64,000 nt of DNA from Azolla caroliniana (taxonomy: Eukaryota > Plantae > Polypodiophyta), in assembly GCA_043228905.1 (NCBI GenBank), contig JBHGNT010000017.1, positions 6,200,001-6,264,000 of the forward strand. The letters run 5' to 3'. The notes under the pieces were generated by a model. The model saw only the letters and a program-made list of their open reading frames with translations, was not told the origin of the DNA and ran no database searches. Position numbers and translations under genes: made by a program. How positions within the stretch are numbered: position 1 is the first letter of the stretch; every line of letters starts with the position of its first letter. Shown here in pieces: positions 15,966-31,075 of the stretch.

Positions 15966-18900
15966 TGTTAAGAGTCTATTACTAATCAATAGACCAAACT
16001 AAAGTAAAAGAAGGAAAATAGAATGGATAGAAGAACCTGTTCCACCCGACCACCCCTGACTATGATGTAGACATAGCCAACCTACCACCGACGTCCCATA
16101 CCACCGTATATTAGGATGACTAATACCTTGAAAGAGATAAACACGATCGTCGAGACGAAAGCCTAGCCCGCACCACCGGTGTCTAAGACAACAGCCTTCC
16201 GACGTGATGTGATTATGAGGGTAGCTAAGCCTCATATTTATACCTTTTTCTAGGCCCCTTGAATAGATGTGCCTTTCTAAAAGGCTCTCCATTCATTGGT
16301 TGTCCAAATCATGATAGTGCATGCACTTATCATTCCTTCTATCCAATCATTAGTCCCCTTTTTAACATTAGTGAACATACCCTTCACTAATGTAAATATT
16401 GGTGACCTAGCCTCACCAATGTTATGTGTACATAACATACTCCCCTACTTCAAAAGATTGCACTCTTGCAATATAAAGTGAGGAAATTGTGCCTTAAGAG
16501 TATGCTCGCGTTCCCATGTGGCATCATCAATAGGTTTATCCATCCATTTGATCTTGAATAGCCGAATCTCTTTAGAATGTAAACGTTTAGTACGAGAATC
16601 AAGAATTCGTTCAGGAACATGAGGTTTGTAAGAAAAATCTTCTAATGTTACGAGATCTTGGATTGTGATGGTGTTATCACCAGAGCCTAAAAATGGTTTT
16701 AGACGACTAACGTGAAAAATAGGGTGAATACCAACGTTACAGGGTAAGGCAAGGTGATAAGCAGATGACCGAACCCGCTTAAGGATTTCAAATGGGCCAC
16801 AATATCGTGGGGCTAACTTAGCGCACTTGCTCGTAGAAAATGACGTAGAGTCAGTAGGGACATGCAAAAAAAACTTTTTGACCAATATTAAATGCACGAG
16901 GATGTCTATCCTGATCAGCATAAAATCGAGCATGATCTTGAGCTGTCTTGACATTCTATTTGGCAATATGAAACATTTGGTTCATGTCTTGCAAAAAATT
17001 GCGTGTGCTGTCTAATGTATCACGATGAATCGTGACATCAACTGGGGCACGTGGCTGAAAACCATACATCAACATAAAAGGACTATATCCAGTGGATGTA
17101 TGTTTAGAGCTATTATAGGCAAATTCTAAGATAGGAAGGTATTGCTCCCACTTAGAAGGGGTTTTTGCTACATAAGCTCGAAGCATGTCCTCAATAATTT
17201 GATTAACTCGTTTAGTTTGTCCATCAGACTGAGGATGATTTGTGGAACTCATGCTCAACGTAGTTTCTAGTTCCTTAAAGACTTGAGTCCAAAAGTCACT
17301 AGTAAACTTGGAATCTCGATCACTAACAATATCCATCGGTAATCCATAAAAACGAAATAACTCATCAACAAATTGATAAGCCAATTGTTGAGTAGTTACC
17401 GTGGTTTTGGTAGGAATAAATCTAGCCAAATTTGTTAATCTGTCAACAACAACCCAAATGATATCATTCTATGTACGAGGTAAACTAACAATTAAATCCA
17501 TCGAGATATTTTCCCATTTGTTGTTGGGAATATCTAAGGGATGTAAAAGACCCACAGCTTTAAGTCATTCCGACTTATTAATCTGACATTGTAAGCATTG
17601 AGTTACATATTTATGCACGTTAGAACGCATCTTAGGCCAGAAAAAAGTACTCGAGATGAGAACGAGTGTGCGTTGTATTCCAGGATGACCAGTAGATGGT
17701 GCATCACGACATTCATGAAGAATTTTCTATTTTACATTTGGTAAATTTGGAACACATATCTTTCCACTACGGTAGAGCAAACCGTTTGTAATGTGAAAGG
17801 TCGCCTTCAAGGGCAGGGTGCTATTATCGGCATCTAAACCAGATTCGGCTTTTGTTCAGTATTTCGAAAAATAATTGTCATCAAGGTATTTCCCTCAAAG
17901 GTGATCTAAAAGATCAGATTTTATTTCCGTGAAGCTAAGCATGTTAACTTCTTTAATGCGACTAAGAGCATCCGCAACAGTGTTCATAGAACCCTTGCGA
18001 TACCGTATGGAAAAATCAAAATCTTGCATAAGGTCATCCCAACGGCCTTTACGACCAACAAGATCTGGTTGGTCACAAAAATACTTCAATGATTGATGGT
18101 TTGTTGTAACCACAAATTTATTTCCATAGAGATAGTGCCTCCATGTTTAAAGTGCATGTATTACCGCAAACAACTCTTTCTCTTGAACTGAATACCGAGA
18201 TTGAGCAGCATCAAGCTTCTTACTTTCAAAAGCAATAGGGTGACCACCTTGATAAAGAACGACACCAATAGCATAATCATTGGCATCGGTTTCGATTGAG
18301 AAAGGCTTAGAAGGGTCCGGTAATAGAAGAGTGGGAGCTAGACACAAATGCTCTTTGAGTGTCTCAAATGATTTGTCAAGTTGTTCATTCCATGCAATTG
18401 GTTTGACAGACTTACATGGATGACCTTTTAAAAGGTCAGTTAATGGCGTCGTCAATTTGGAATAGTTACGAATTGATTTTCGTAAAAATCCAACAAACCC
18501 TAAGACTGATCGCAGTTCATGAATATTATGAGGAATGGGCCAAAGTTTAACCTTTTCAATACGAGAAGGTTCAATTTCAACACCATTTTCTGTAATTAAA
18601 TGACCTAGGTACAAAATAGATTTTTGGAAAAAATCACATTTTGAATGTTTTGCATAGAAAGAGTTGTCACGCAACTTTTGCAAAACAAATAAAAAATGTT
18701 GAACATGATCTTGCAAGGTATGGCTATATATCAAAATATCATCCAAGAAGACGACAACAAAATCACCGAGTTGATCTCAAAAAACGTCATTCATCGCTTG
18801 TTGGAATGTGGCTAGAGCATTAGTCAACCCGAAAGGCATGACTAAAAACTCATAATGGCCATAGTGCGTACGAAAAGTGGTTTTAGGAATATCATCCTCG

Positions 18901-20545
18901 GCAATGCGAATCTGATGATAACCTGTTCGTAAGTCAATTTTCGTAAAATATTTGGCCCCAGGCAAACAATCAATCAAATCATCGGCACGAGGTAACGGAT
19001 ATGCATTTTTAATTGTCATTTTATTTAAACGGCGATAATTGATACACATTCGCCATGAACTTTCCTTCTTCTTAACCAATAGAACTGGCGCACCCCAAGG
19101 TGAGTGATTTACTATACCTAATGTGGCCCATACTCAAGTATTCCTTAAGTTGTTTTGCGATCTCATCCTCTTCTAATCGACTAAGTCGTTAAGGTGGAAT
19201 GCTCATAGGGACAACACCAGGAATGAGTTCAATTTGATGGTCCACATTACGTTTTGGTGGTAAAGTAAGTGGCAATTCGTTAGGAAACACGTCTTGAAAA
19301 TCGTCTAAAATAGAGTCGAGTAATCGTTGTTCATAATGTGGTAATTGTGTGGCGTCAATATTAAAATAATAAAATTGAAGCGCACGATCAATTACACACG
19401 AATAAATTAATGAACTTGAATACTCACTTAAAGATTTAGAAGACACAAGTGAACGAGAAGGAAGTTTGGAACATTGAATAAAATGTTTACAATTATTAAG
19501 CTCAAATGTGATTGAGTTATTAACCCAATCAATGGACAAAGAAGGGTTTTTATTAAAAAACCAAGGGTATCCTAAAATGACATGTGCGGATTGTAGTTTC
19601 ATAACATGAAAGTCAAGCTTCTCCAAATAGGTATCTATTTGAATTGGCAGTTGACAAACAATGCCACTGATGTATTGAACACTTCCATTTGCCATGTGAA
19701 CTTGATAGATATGATCACTTGCGTTTATGTGGAGTTCCATTTGTTGCACAAAGTGATCATTAAGAAAATTGTGAGAACTACCGAAATCAAACAAGAAATG
19801 TGCTTGTGTTCCATTGATATACCCGACTGCTCGGAGTAAATCATTAGGTCCAAGTAAATTTGAAGGAAAAGCGCATTCACATGAACTTAAGTGGTTGGTA
19901 TGAACTTCAACAACATCAAAAGACTCACCTGTGTGACTCGAAGATTTGTCTTGAGGTGTTCATTGACTTCCTCTCAAGACGACGACAGGTATCCTTTGTG
20001 TGACCCCGTTTCTTGCAATATGCACAGAAGAGGTTAGGTTTCTTTGAGTCGCGGTCAAGAGTGTGATTTGATTGCTTACATTTCCCAATGAACTTGACAT
20101 TCAGAGTTTTGGCAAACTTAGGTTTATTGTGGTCTTTCTTGGAAGTCCTATGGTACCGAAGTACAATGTTGACGGCTTCCTCAAAAGTTGTGGGGTCCTA
20201 GTCATGGACAATCCAATGGTAATCCCCATTAGGAATACCATTAAAAAAGGAAGCAACAAACCATTTCTCACCCGTAAGTCCTGATTTTTGGATCTGGGTC
20301 CGAGCATGATGCACATAATCCTTGAGAGAGGTAAATGGCTTACTCGACAACGTGAGCAAGTGTTGCGCTTGTTCAGTTTGAGAAGGTGGCTACAAAAACT
20401 GTTTCTTAAAAACATCAATGAAACCTTCTCAAGTTGTGGGTAAGTTCTTTGTAGTCCTTAGGCCGCGCCACCAAGCAGCAGCTCGGCCACCTAACTCACG
20501 ACCGATGTAACCAATTTTTACAGCATCGGGCTTGGGGTGGAGCAT
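15966..20545 (-). mobile_element. 5'-truncated Ty3/Gypsy chromovirus (Reina/Tekay-like): gag-PR-RT-RH-INT-chromodomain, 3' LTR ~15966-16437
   Basis: PR (FDFGSSHNF), RT ([29 protein letters not shown]), RH (IETDANDYAIG, EKELFAV), INT (SDRDSKFTSDFW), chromodomain (PERILDSR..IKW..DATWE); PPT gaagtaggggag; LTR TGTTA...TAACA. No second LTR found. Confidence 0.85.
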
Positions 20546-23500
20546 CCAACTCACGACCAACGTAACCAATTTCGTCGATGCATCCATGCATACACCTCTT
20601 AGCTAAACCATCATTTAAGAATTAGAGAGAGTGAGAATGAAAGGAAGGCTATATATAGAGAAAATTACCCTCTTAGCCAAGCTATGGCTATTTATAACTT
20701 GCCCATGACAGGCTCGAACATGGACAACATCAAGAGGTGTTTCGACGGCCTTAGAATTGTTATTTTGATCAGTCTATGCTCATCTTCTAGTATTCCTATT
20801 GGCTTCTGGTTGTTGCATGACATTTTTCCCATTATTCATTGTCATTTGTTGTGAAAATATTTCAATATCTATAATAGTTATTTATTATTTTGAAAGTAGA
20901 TGATGGATGGACTTGTTGCCCCATACTCTATGATTATTGTTAGTCATGATAAATTTATTGTGGAATCATTACACTTATATTATAGTGTCATTTAAAGTGT
21001 AATTTCATTTGTCTTGAATGTATCTAGATATCCTAAATTATGTAGTAAAAGATAATAGAAATGATCAAATAACATTTTCAATTGATGCATCAATATGTCA
21101 TCAAAAGAAATCTACTTTATAACAATTGAAACATTATAAAGATAATATTCTTCTATAGAAATGGTAAATATTTAGAATATTGCAGAGAATTCAGGTTTAC
21201 TTCATCAATTGTTATCTTTCACGTTCTTTGTCTCCTCTACTGATGTCAGGAACAATACTAAGACAAAGAAGGAATTAGTACTAAAAGATAAGATGAGGAT
21301 TAGTACTAAGGGAGGTGTAGAACTCTCGAGAGAAGGAAAGAGTGAGTGAGTGAGAGAGAGAGAGAGAGAGAGAATGATGATAACAAAAAGATATATATTA
21401 TGTTAAGAGAATATACAATAGTAGCTAGGAGGCTTAAGACTAGCGTTGAACCAATTTGGTTCGAAATAATGCCTTGTGCCTCCTTTTATAGTTTTCTCAG
21501 GAGTACTCCTGAAGTTTCTAGAATGTTCTAGAGAAATCTAGAATATACATCAATTTTCTATAGTAAAACTTAAATGAAAATAATATCTTTCGTATTACAA
21601 CATATAGTGTAATGGTCAAGAGCTTGACTCATGTAACATAAGATCATGGGTTCGAGTCTTGTCATATCATGACACTGTCCCCCCTTTAAAACAACGAGTG
21701 TCACGAGTCGTTTTGGATTGTATAGATATTGACGATGGAAGTCTTCAAGAAGAGCACGAGCATTGGTCACATTCTCTATTGGTTCCCAAGTACGCTCGCT
21801 AGGACTATATCCTAGCCAATCGACTAAATAGTAGAGCTTGTTGCGAACAATCTTGGATTCGAGGATGGTGGCAACCTCGTACTCAAGTTTATCTTCAAGT
21901 TCGATCGGGGATGGAGGTTGTTTAATACAACCTGGGATGGTGCTGTCTTGATAGGGTTCGAGGAGAGAACTATGGAACACCGGATGTATCCGAAGTTGTG
22001 GAGGTAGATCGAGACGAAAAGTGACATCATTAATTTTTTCGATAATACGGAAAGGACCTAATCGCCGATAATCCAACTTCTCGCATGGGCGAGTAGTCTT
22101 GATGTGTCATCATAGTAGCCATACCCGACCTCCAATGTTAAAATTGGATGGAAGCTGATGACGATCCGCGTAAACCTTGTGTGTTTGTTGAGCTTGCTGT
22201 AGATGAGTAGATAAATCCCCTTGTATCTTGCGTAACCGCTCCAAACGATCCTCTACGCAAGGATTTGTGGGTAACTTTGGGGTTTCAAATACACACCACC
22301 GGGGGTGACAACCCGTATAAGCATAAAATGGTGTAACCTTTGTCGATGAATGGACAGAGTTATTATCTGCAAATTCGACAAAGTGGAGAATATCCGCCCA
22401 ATCATCTTGATGATAGCTTAGAAAGCACTGAATATACTGCTCTAGCGTTTGATTTGTTCATTCTGCTTGGCCGTCTGTTTGCAGGTGGTAGCCGGAGGAG
22501 AGGTTACAAGTGACCTTGAGCATTTTAAAGAGGTGCTTCTAGAATTTCGACACGAATTGGGGTCGGAGAAGCCATGATGCCGACATACTTCACGCATGAC
22601 AGTTTCGGCGGTTTCCTCATAGGAGTTTTCCTTAGTACATGGCAGGAAATGGGCCATCTTCGTATATCGATCTACTACGGTTAAGATCGCATCGAATCCC
22701 TTAGAGACCGGAAGATCTGTGATGAAATCTAGAGCAATGGATTGCCACAGCTTGATTGGAATTGGTAATGGTTCTAATAAACCAGATGGATGATGCCTTG
22801 GCATTTTTGCTCTGCGACATGTATCACAAGTCCGAACAAAATATTCGACAAATTTTGCATATGGGGCCACAAGAATGATCGTTGTACTAAATCTAATGTT
22901 TTAGTACTACCAAAATGCCCAACTGTATATGTCATGAAAGTTTTGCGACAAGAACCAGTAGGAACATACAAGAGTTTCTTAAAGAATAATAATCCATCAT
23001 GACATTCGAATTGTCGATAGTTCGTACATGGTTCTTGCGACTGTGAACACGATGCTCAAGAGGGATCAATTTGTGCTAGAATGGCTTGGGTGACACCATT
23101 TGTCTTCAAGTCCTCACGTATGGTATCGATAACGTGGGAATCCAAGGGCATACCGAAGACCTGCGTTGCTTGCAGTCATGCCGGTCCTAGGATTACTTGC
23201 TTTTGGTTATTGAAAGCTGGCTTGCCAAGACGCGGTGCTAGATACAAGCGCCGTGATAATGCATCTGGCTTCCCTTGTTGCTGTTAAGAAACAAGCTCAA
23301 CAAAAGCATGTGATGCTTATTGGGCATACAAGTAAAACAATTATTTAGCTACTCACAACTATTTAGCTATTCACAGCTATTTACCTAGTCACAACTAATT
23401 AGCTGCATATGTAAGTCACTTATATACTTAGGTAAAAAAGTAAGAGGTAGAGAAGAGAGAGTAGTTGTAAGAGAACAGAAAATTGATGAGAGCAAGTTGA

Positions 23501-26500
23501 ACTCTGCGTGTAATGAAATAGAAGAAGCTTTTTGGTTTGCTATAAATAGGTAAGTCTCCTTCCCCTTCCCCTTCTGTCTTGAGCACTAAATGATCCAGCA
23601 AATCACGATCCGATGTGCATAACGAAGAGCCGTAGTGCTTTCGTAACATGGTATCAGAGCAGATTTGCTCGTAAAGAAGATTAGAGAAATATAGATATGA
23701 GAAGTTTGGTTCTGGTTGCTGATCTGAATTAGAGAGTTGTATGTGAACTTAATCGTAGCAGAAGCCCTAATTGAAAGAGAGAATGGCTCCTGAGAATGGA
23801 AGCCAAATAGTCACAGAAAAGCTGGATAAAAACAATATCCCTGCGTGGAAATTTCGAATGACAAATTTCCTGATGGGAAAAGGATACTGGGACTGTTGTC
23901 CATAGGTTAGAAATATAAATATATTATGTAAACTCGCCGTTAGGTAGAAGAGTAGGTGAGGAAATAGGTAAAGACTAAAAATACCCGTGTTTTAGCCCTC
24001 ACAATCAGCCGATGGCTCGACTCTGTCTGAAGGGAAAACTATATAACCCGAGTTATGCATACCTCTAGGGGGGATTACCTAGATCATTCTGAGCGAGAGT
24101 AATATCATAGCAGCAAGCTCTGTACGTACTGTTATCGGCTGAGGCCGAGTACTGTAATCACTGTGAGCTTTATCATTGAATATAAGTTTCGTTTATCTAA
24201 ACTTCTATTTGTGTATTCTCCCCGTACTCGTAAATCGGGCTACGTTCATACTTAACGAGTTGTAGCCTGTGTACGCTCCTTGCTCTCCTCTCTTTTTCCT
24301 CGTGTAGAAGAGGCTCCCACGTAACACGATCCCTTGACACCGATAGCCTGTGGGCTCATAGAAGGTGTTTTCCCAGAATCGGTTAACACAATTTGGCACG
24401 CCCAGTTAGAGCTGTAAGGTCACAGCGAACTACGTTGGAAGCAAACTCCAGCCGCCATTACGGCGCCCCATTGCATCACGCGGTCTCGGCCACCTACCCG
24501 ACACCCTGAGCTAGTCGAAGGAACTTTCGACTCAGTGGTCACTGACCAATCGTTCCAGGAACTATCGGAGGCTCACTGGTTGCAATCCTCGCCACCCGAT
24601 ACCCACTCGCGAGTTGATTCCGCACCAACCTTCCTGCTGAGCCCCCCAGAGGTCACCCAACTTGACCCTAACCCTTTTCTGGCCTTACCTGAGGAACCGG
24701 ATCTCGATACCATGCCTTACCCTTACCCACGGTATACCAACGGCCTCGACGCGGAAGCACACACTCGGGTGTTCGTGTCCACATGGCAGGCCAACCACTT
24801 GATGCAGCGGTTATCGGCTACCGAAATCGAGGCCTCCTAACTCGTGGAATTTGCTTTATCCCTCGATGGCCCGACTGCTCGATGGTACTCCCGCCTCGAC
24901 ATGGGGGAGGTCACAACGTTCCAGGACGTTAGGACAAAGTTCCTCCAATTATTTCACCGCCATGTTCCGAAGTGGGAACTACTTCGGCAATTCTTTTCCA
25001 TGAGCCAAGAACCTCACTAGACGGTCGCCCAGTTCACGATCCGGTTTCAGGATCTCTACCGACAACTGGCCGACGACGTCCCCGCTCATCACATTCTGGA
25101 TACCTTCCTGTCCAGCTTAAGGGAGCCTCTACGGATGACTCTCACACTTACAGATTTCTCCAACCAGACTATCGAGCAAGTCATCGCATGCATCCTTGCA
25201 ATTGATCAGACACAACATACCACGACTTTCTCCATGGGCTCTTTGCAAAGTTCCCTTCCGCAGGAGGACAATCGTTTCCAACAAGCTCTTCAAAGCACGG
25301 CCTACTCATGCTCAGGCCATCTGGCTCTTGAGTGCCCTCATTGGCCACACTGCCCAATATGTTTGTCCCGAGCTCACACGATCGAACAATGTCAGTACAA
25401 CATGCTCAACCGCACAATCACGGCTCCGGTTCGCCAGATCGAGCTGTGCAATACGTACTCCCGGTAGGATGAACATCAGTCATACCGACATTGGGCAAAC
25501 GAGTGACCACGATCCTCGGATCGTCAGCGCCGCGACAACGACTACCATCGCTACGACGAACGGTACCGCCACAACAATCGCAGGAGATCAGACGACCGTG
25601 ACCAGTACCATGACGACCAATATAGAGCGAACGATGAGTACGATCGGTATGGTGATGACCAGTACGATCAATGATATTCACGAAAAGTCCGATGGAACTC
25701 TTATAGAGGTCCGTGGAACAATCGCCGTCAGAACGACAATCGTCGCCGAGACCTCCCTCCAAACGCCCCGCACACCGCACCACGGGCCAACACGCTTACC
25801 CAAGTGGCCGGGAATCAATCACAACCCTTCCCACAGACTAAGCACGGTGACACAAGCAACTCGGCACCCGTTATCTGCTTTAAGTGTAACCAACCCGGCC
25901 ACTATGCTACCCAATGCCCAACCACGGACCGCGGCAAGGCCCCAGCTGTGAATACGATTATGGCCGACGTCCAACACGTCACTACACGTAGCAAGACCCA
26001 CGCCAGCCAATGGCAAGAACAAGATGAAGTCCGACAAGCGGCCAGGGAATGGATTGAGACCACTAACAAAAACAACGTGGCACGAATGCACACAAAGATG
26101 CAGGACGTGACCATCGACGCACCACCGGCCGCGGGACCATCCACCATGATAGAAGATGACCATCTATGGGAAGGCCTTACAAGCGCTAAGATCTCGCTAC
26201 CATTATCTAAGCTGTTACCACTCATGCCGCGCTTTCAGGATACCTTGGCTAAGCTCACGGCTAACGACAAATCGGTCGTACCCCCTGTTAACCTGACGGA
26301 GCCAGGGACGGGCCCACCCCTCATGGATTCCCAGAATCCAGCCGTGAAAATCATGATTAAAGGACACGACCTTCATGGGTGCATAATCGACGACGGCTTT
26401 GGTGTGAATGTCATTAGCGAGGCCACATGTCACACACTCGGCATAAACCAATGGGAGCCTTGCCCCTTTTGGCTTCGGATGGCCGATACACGATCGGTTC

Positions 26501-29500
26501 GCCCCATCGGATTAATCCGCCACCTCGACTTTACTCTAGGAGGCCACATGTTCAATATCTTGGCCGTTGTATTACGACTCGAAGCACAATGCACCTACCC
26601 AATGTTACTTGGCAGACCATGGTTGCGCACATCAAATATCAAACAACATTGGCAACGCAACATGATCTCGTTTCGCTGAGGAAAGACCAAGGTCCGGATC
26701 ATAACTGAAGAACGCGTAACCACGCCCCAGAACACCTTGCCGTTATACGCGGAATGGGTGCACATGCTCGATGGGTTAGCCGATGACGAGGTGGATGACT
26801 TCCTAGAAGACCATCCCACTATCATGCCCCTCTTCGAAATCGACGCCATATTGGCCGTCAGCATACCTCTAGACGAGGAGGTCACGGAGAATACACCTCC
26901 CCATGATGAGCCCAATCCCACTACCATCGCAGAATTACGACATGCTCGGGACGCTTTTGAATGTGAACTCGCCATCTCCCAACGAGTGAAGGCATCAACG
27001 TTCGAAACACTGAACCTCGGTTTGGACGAGAACCCTCGCACCCTGCAGATTGCTAATAACTCACCAGCCAGCGAACGAGCAGCCCTCATATGCTTACTCA
27101 CCGATTACCATGATGTATTCACATGGTCTTACACGGATATGAAGGGTTTGGACCCTCAATACTACCAACACCAGATCCATCTTCTCCCTGACGCTTGGCC
27201 GGTTCAACAAAGACGCTACCGGAAAGGTCAAGGAAGAAATAGACAAGCTCCTCCGAGTCGGGTTCATACAACCTGTAAAACGCGCCACATGGTTAAGCCC
27301 AATCGTAGTCGTCCCCAAGAAAAATGGGAAAATCTGAGTCTGCGTCGACTACTGCAAACTTGCAACGGTCATGGATGGATTCCCTCTCCCGTTCACGGAT
27401 AGCGTTCTCAACACGGTGGCAGGTCACGAATGCTACAGCTTTCTAGATGGGTTCAGTGGCTACAACCAAATCAAAATGCACCTGGATGATCAGGAGAAAA
27501 CAACATTTGTCATGGAATGGGGTGTTTTTGTGGCAGAAGTAATGATGTTCGGTTTGAAAACAGCGCTGGCCACGTTCCAGCGCATCATCACCGAAATTTG
27601 TAACGAATATATCCCGGCGTTCATGCAAGTCTTTCTCGACGACTTCGCCATGTATGGCCAACGACTGGAACACATGTCCCAGTTACGTCTCGGTCTTGGT
27701 CGATGTCGCCAGGCTCGGTTAAGTTTAAACCCAGCAAAATGCGCGTTCTTGGTCACAAGTGGCAACCTACTCGGGCACATCGTTAGTCAAGAAGGTATCG
27801 CCATAGACCCGGATAAAGTACAAGCCATCCTAAACGCCCCCGCACCCTTGAACGCAAAGGCCCTCAACCGATTTCTGGGACAAATAAGATGGCACATCCG
27901 AATGATACGCCACCTAGCCGATTTCGCGACACCACTCCACATGGTAGTGCATCGACTTCCCTTTCAATGGACTTCCATTGAGGACGAGGCTTACCAAGCT
28001 TTGAAATTAATGCTCTTGCATGCCCCAGTTGTACAACCCCCGATATGGTCAGAACCTTTTCACGTCTTCGTGGACGCATTAGATATCACCATCGGGAGGA
28101 GCGCACTTATGCAATGCACGCCCCCAAATTGGTATCGGCCAGTGTATTATGCTAGCGGACGTCTCTCGGCCACGGAAAAGAACTATTCAACCATCGAATG
28201 AGAGGCCCTCGGTATGATCTACAACATCAGTCAATTTTGGCATTACCTCTTAGGCCGAAAATTCACATTTCACGTCGATCACTCGGCCCTCCTTTACCTG
28301 GTCAATAAACAAGCCCTGACAGGTCGACTAGCTCGATGGATGCTCCTGTTACAAGAGTTTGATTTTCATATACAACATCAACCCGGAGTCCAACACGCCA
28401 TCGCTGACTACCTAAGCCGCCTCAAGTCAGGGGACCCTACCGAGTCCACGTATGACGATTTACCTGATGCCGGCCTATTTAATCTCACAATGCTACCAAA
28501 CGACAAAGAAGATGAATGGATCACGGAGATGACCCATTTCCTTAGTACTGGCCTGCTTCCCGACCACATGCCCCTTGATGCGCGGAAATGACTCGCAGTA
28601 CAAAGCCGAAACTTTTGTCTCGTTTCCGACATCCTCTACCACAAAGGCTCAGACGGAATATGGCGCTGGGCAATTCGACAATTCGAGAAGAAGGCCATCC
28701 TCCAAGAGGCCCACATAGGAATCGCCGGTGGACACTACGCCAGAGAGTCCACGGCAAGGAAAGTCTGGCAGAGTGGGTTATGGTGGCCTACAACGAAAAA
28801 GGATGCCCATGAGTTCTGTCGGCAATGCGACTTGTGCCAACGGTTGGGACAACTGATGGAACAAGCTCGAATGCCACACCAACCCATTCTTCCATTGGAA
28901 CCATTTCAAAAATGGGGGTTAGATTTTGTGGGACCCTTCAAACCAACCGCGGCTCGAACCGGTAATAAGTATATCGTTGTGGCCACGGACTACTGCACAA
29001 AATGGGTCGAGGCAAAGACTTTACGAGACAACACGGCAACATCCACGGCCAAATTCGTGTACGAACATCTATGGTGCCATTATGGATGCCCAATAGAGCT
29101 CGTTAGTGACCAAGGTGGGCACTTTATAAACCATATAATATGCGAGCTTATGACACACAACGTGGTTGTACATAAGAAAAGTACACCATACTACCCGCAG
29201 GCAAATGGATTGGCAGAATCGACTAACAAAATTCTCCAAACAATCCTGAAGAAGATCGTCAACGAGAACCGCACCGATTGGGATGACAAGCTCCAGAGTG
29301 CACTATGGGCTTATCACACTACATTCAAAATGAGCATTCAATCCACCCCCTTTCGGATGGCTTTTGGTCTCGAAGCCGTTATGCCCATCGAGTTCCAAGT
29401 TCCGAGTCTCCGAGTTCAAGTTAAAGCAAGGCTCCCTGAGGCCCAATCCGAACTATTTAGGCTGGAACAACTCCTCGAACTTGGCGAGGACCGAGTAGCG

Positions 29501-31075
29501 AGCATGGCCCAACTTGAACAGCGCCAACGACAACGGAAAGCCTTTGTGGACCGACATCGGAAAGGATTGGAACAAGAACTGACCACTAGCAAACCAATCC
29601 TCGTTTTCCAGACATGACTCGCTGCCATGCCAGGGAAGTTATGATTTCGATGGACTAGCCCCTTCTGGATTATTGACGAGTTTAATGGCACGTTCCAGCT
29701 TGGTACCCTTGCCAGGGAAATTGTCAAAAGCTGGGTGAATGGATTCCAACTGCGACCGTACCAGGGAAATACCCCAGCCAACCCTTTCGCCGAGTCTCAC
29801 AGCACGGACAATGCCACGAAGGAGGCCACGCGTCCCCCTCGGTAAGAACCCACCAACATTCCAAAGCGTACATTAGGTAGGATTAGGCATAATTTTAGCA
29901 ATTAGTTAGTTCCACCTAAACCATCTACCACATCACCCAAATCACATCATGTTTAGAGGCACACACTCATCACTTTCACATTCACTTAAGTATTTAAGGC
30001 ACATGCACAACACCCAAGGCACAACACTAACTCCTTAGGACACGTGGCCATAATATCCTATTATGGCATCCATGACCAAGAATCTCCAAGCTCCTCTTCA
30101 TGCACAAAACCCTAGGCATTCGATAAAAAACAGTTACCCCAAATACACCCCACATAGAGACACTTTCTTGCACACCAAGCCTCCATCGCTCCCACGCTCT
30201 CAAGCCTCCTCTTGCTCTCAACGCTTTCATCGCTCCCACCGCTCTTGCTCGCAAGCCCTCTCTTGTCCTCATAGCCCCTCTGCCGCACCACAACCATCTC
30301 CTTCCCTCACTTTGGCTCGGCCTGGTCTCATCCTCCTTCCCCAATCTTCCACACAGCAGAACCCCGAGTCCATTATGCCTCTTGCAGCTTCATAGGAAAC
30401 CTGCTCCTGGCTTCAGGAACAAGGATTAGGTGGTTATTTAAAGGTGATCGATGCCCCTGCACACCTTGATGCCCAAGCGGTCGCACGCCGAATCCACCCG
30501 GACATAGTCACCAACAATATGATTCGTGCTACCTTGGACTTGAAGCGAGGAGGTGATCATGAAGTAGAAATTCCCCCTTGCACGAACCTGAAGGAATACT
30601 TTGGTGCATATTCCATATCTGGTAAGGCCTATCGCACTTACGGTGGATCCAACAAGGCATTCGGAGAAATCACTCGCATCCTGATGGAGTACGCGTTCGT
30701 GCATACCAACCCTACAAGTATGCCACAGAACAAAGTGACGATCATTATCAGTGAATACGGGGGAAACAAAATCGATTGGGGAATCATCACCGGAAAAGGA
30801 GTCCGTGCGGCGCTCGAATCCTTCCAAACCGGTAAGCGTTTGTTGCCTGTGATCAATCACTTTCTGACAGTCCTCTACCCACCTCCTTCAGTTTCCCCTC
30901 GTCGCATCCTGACCTCTCCACCACCACCAAGGAAACAACGAGAGAAGATTTTGGCGATAACCCAGGAAGAATGGGAAGACCCCTCGCCTTCTCCACCTCC
31001 CTCAGGCGTTCGGAACCCCAGTTCCGCCTCGGCACCAACCCCACCAAAAACACAGAAACAATGGGCAGTCACAAC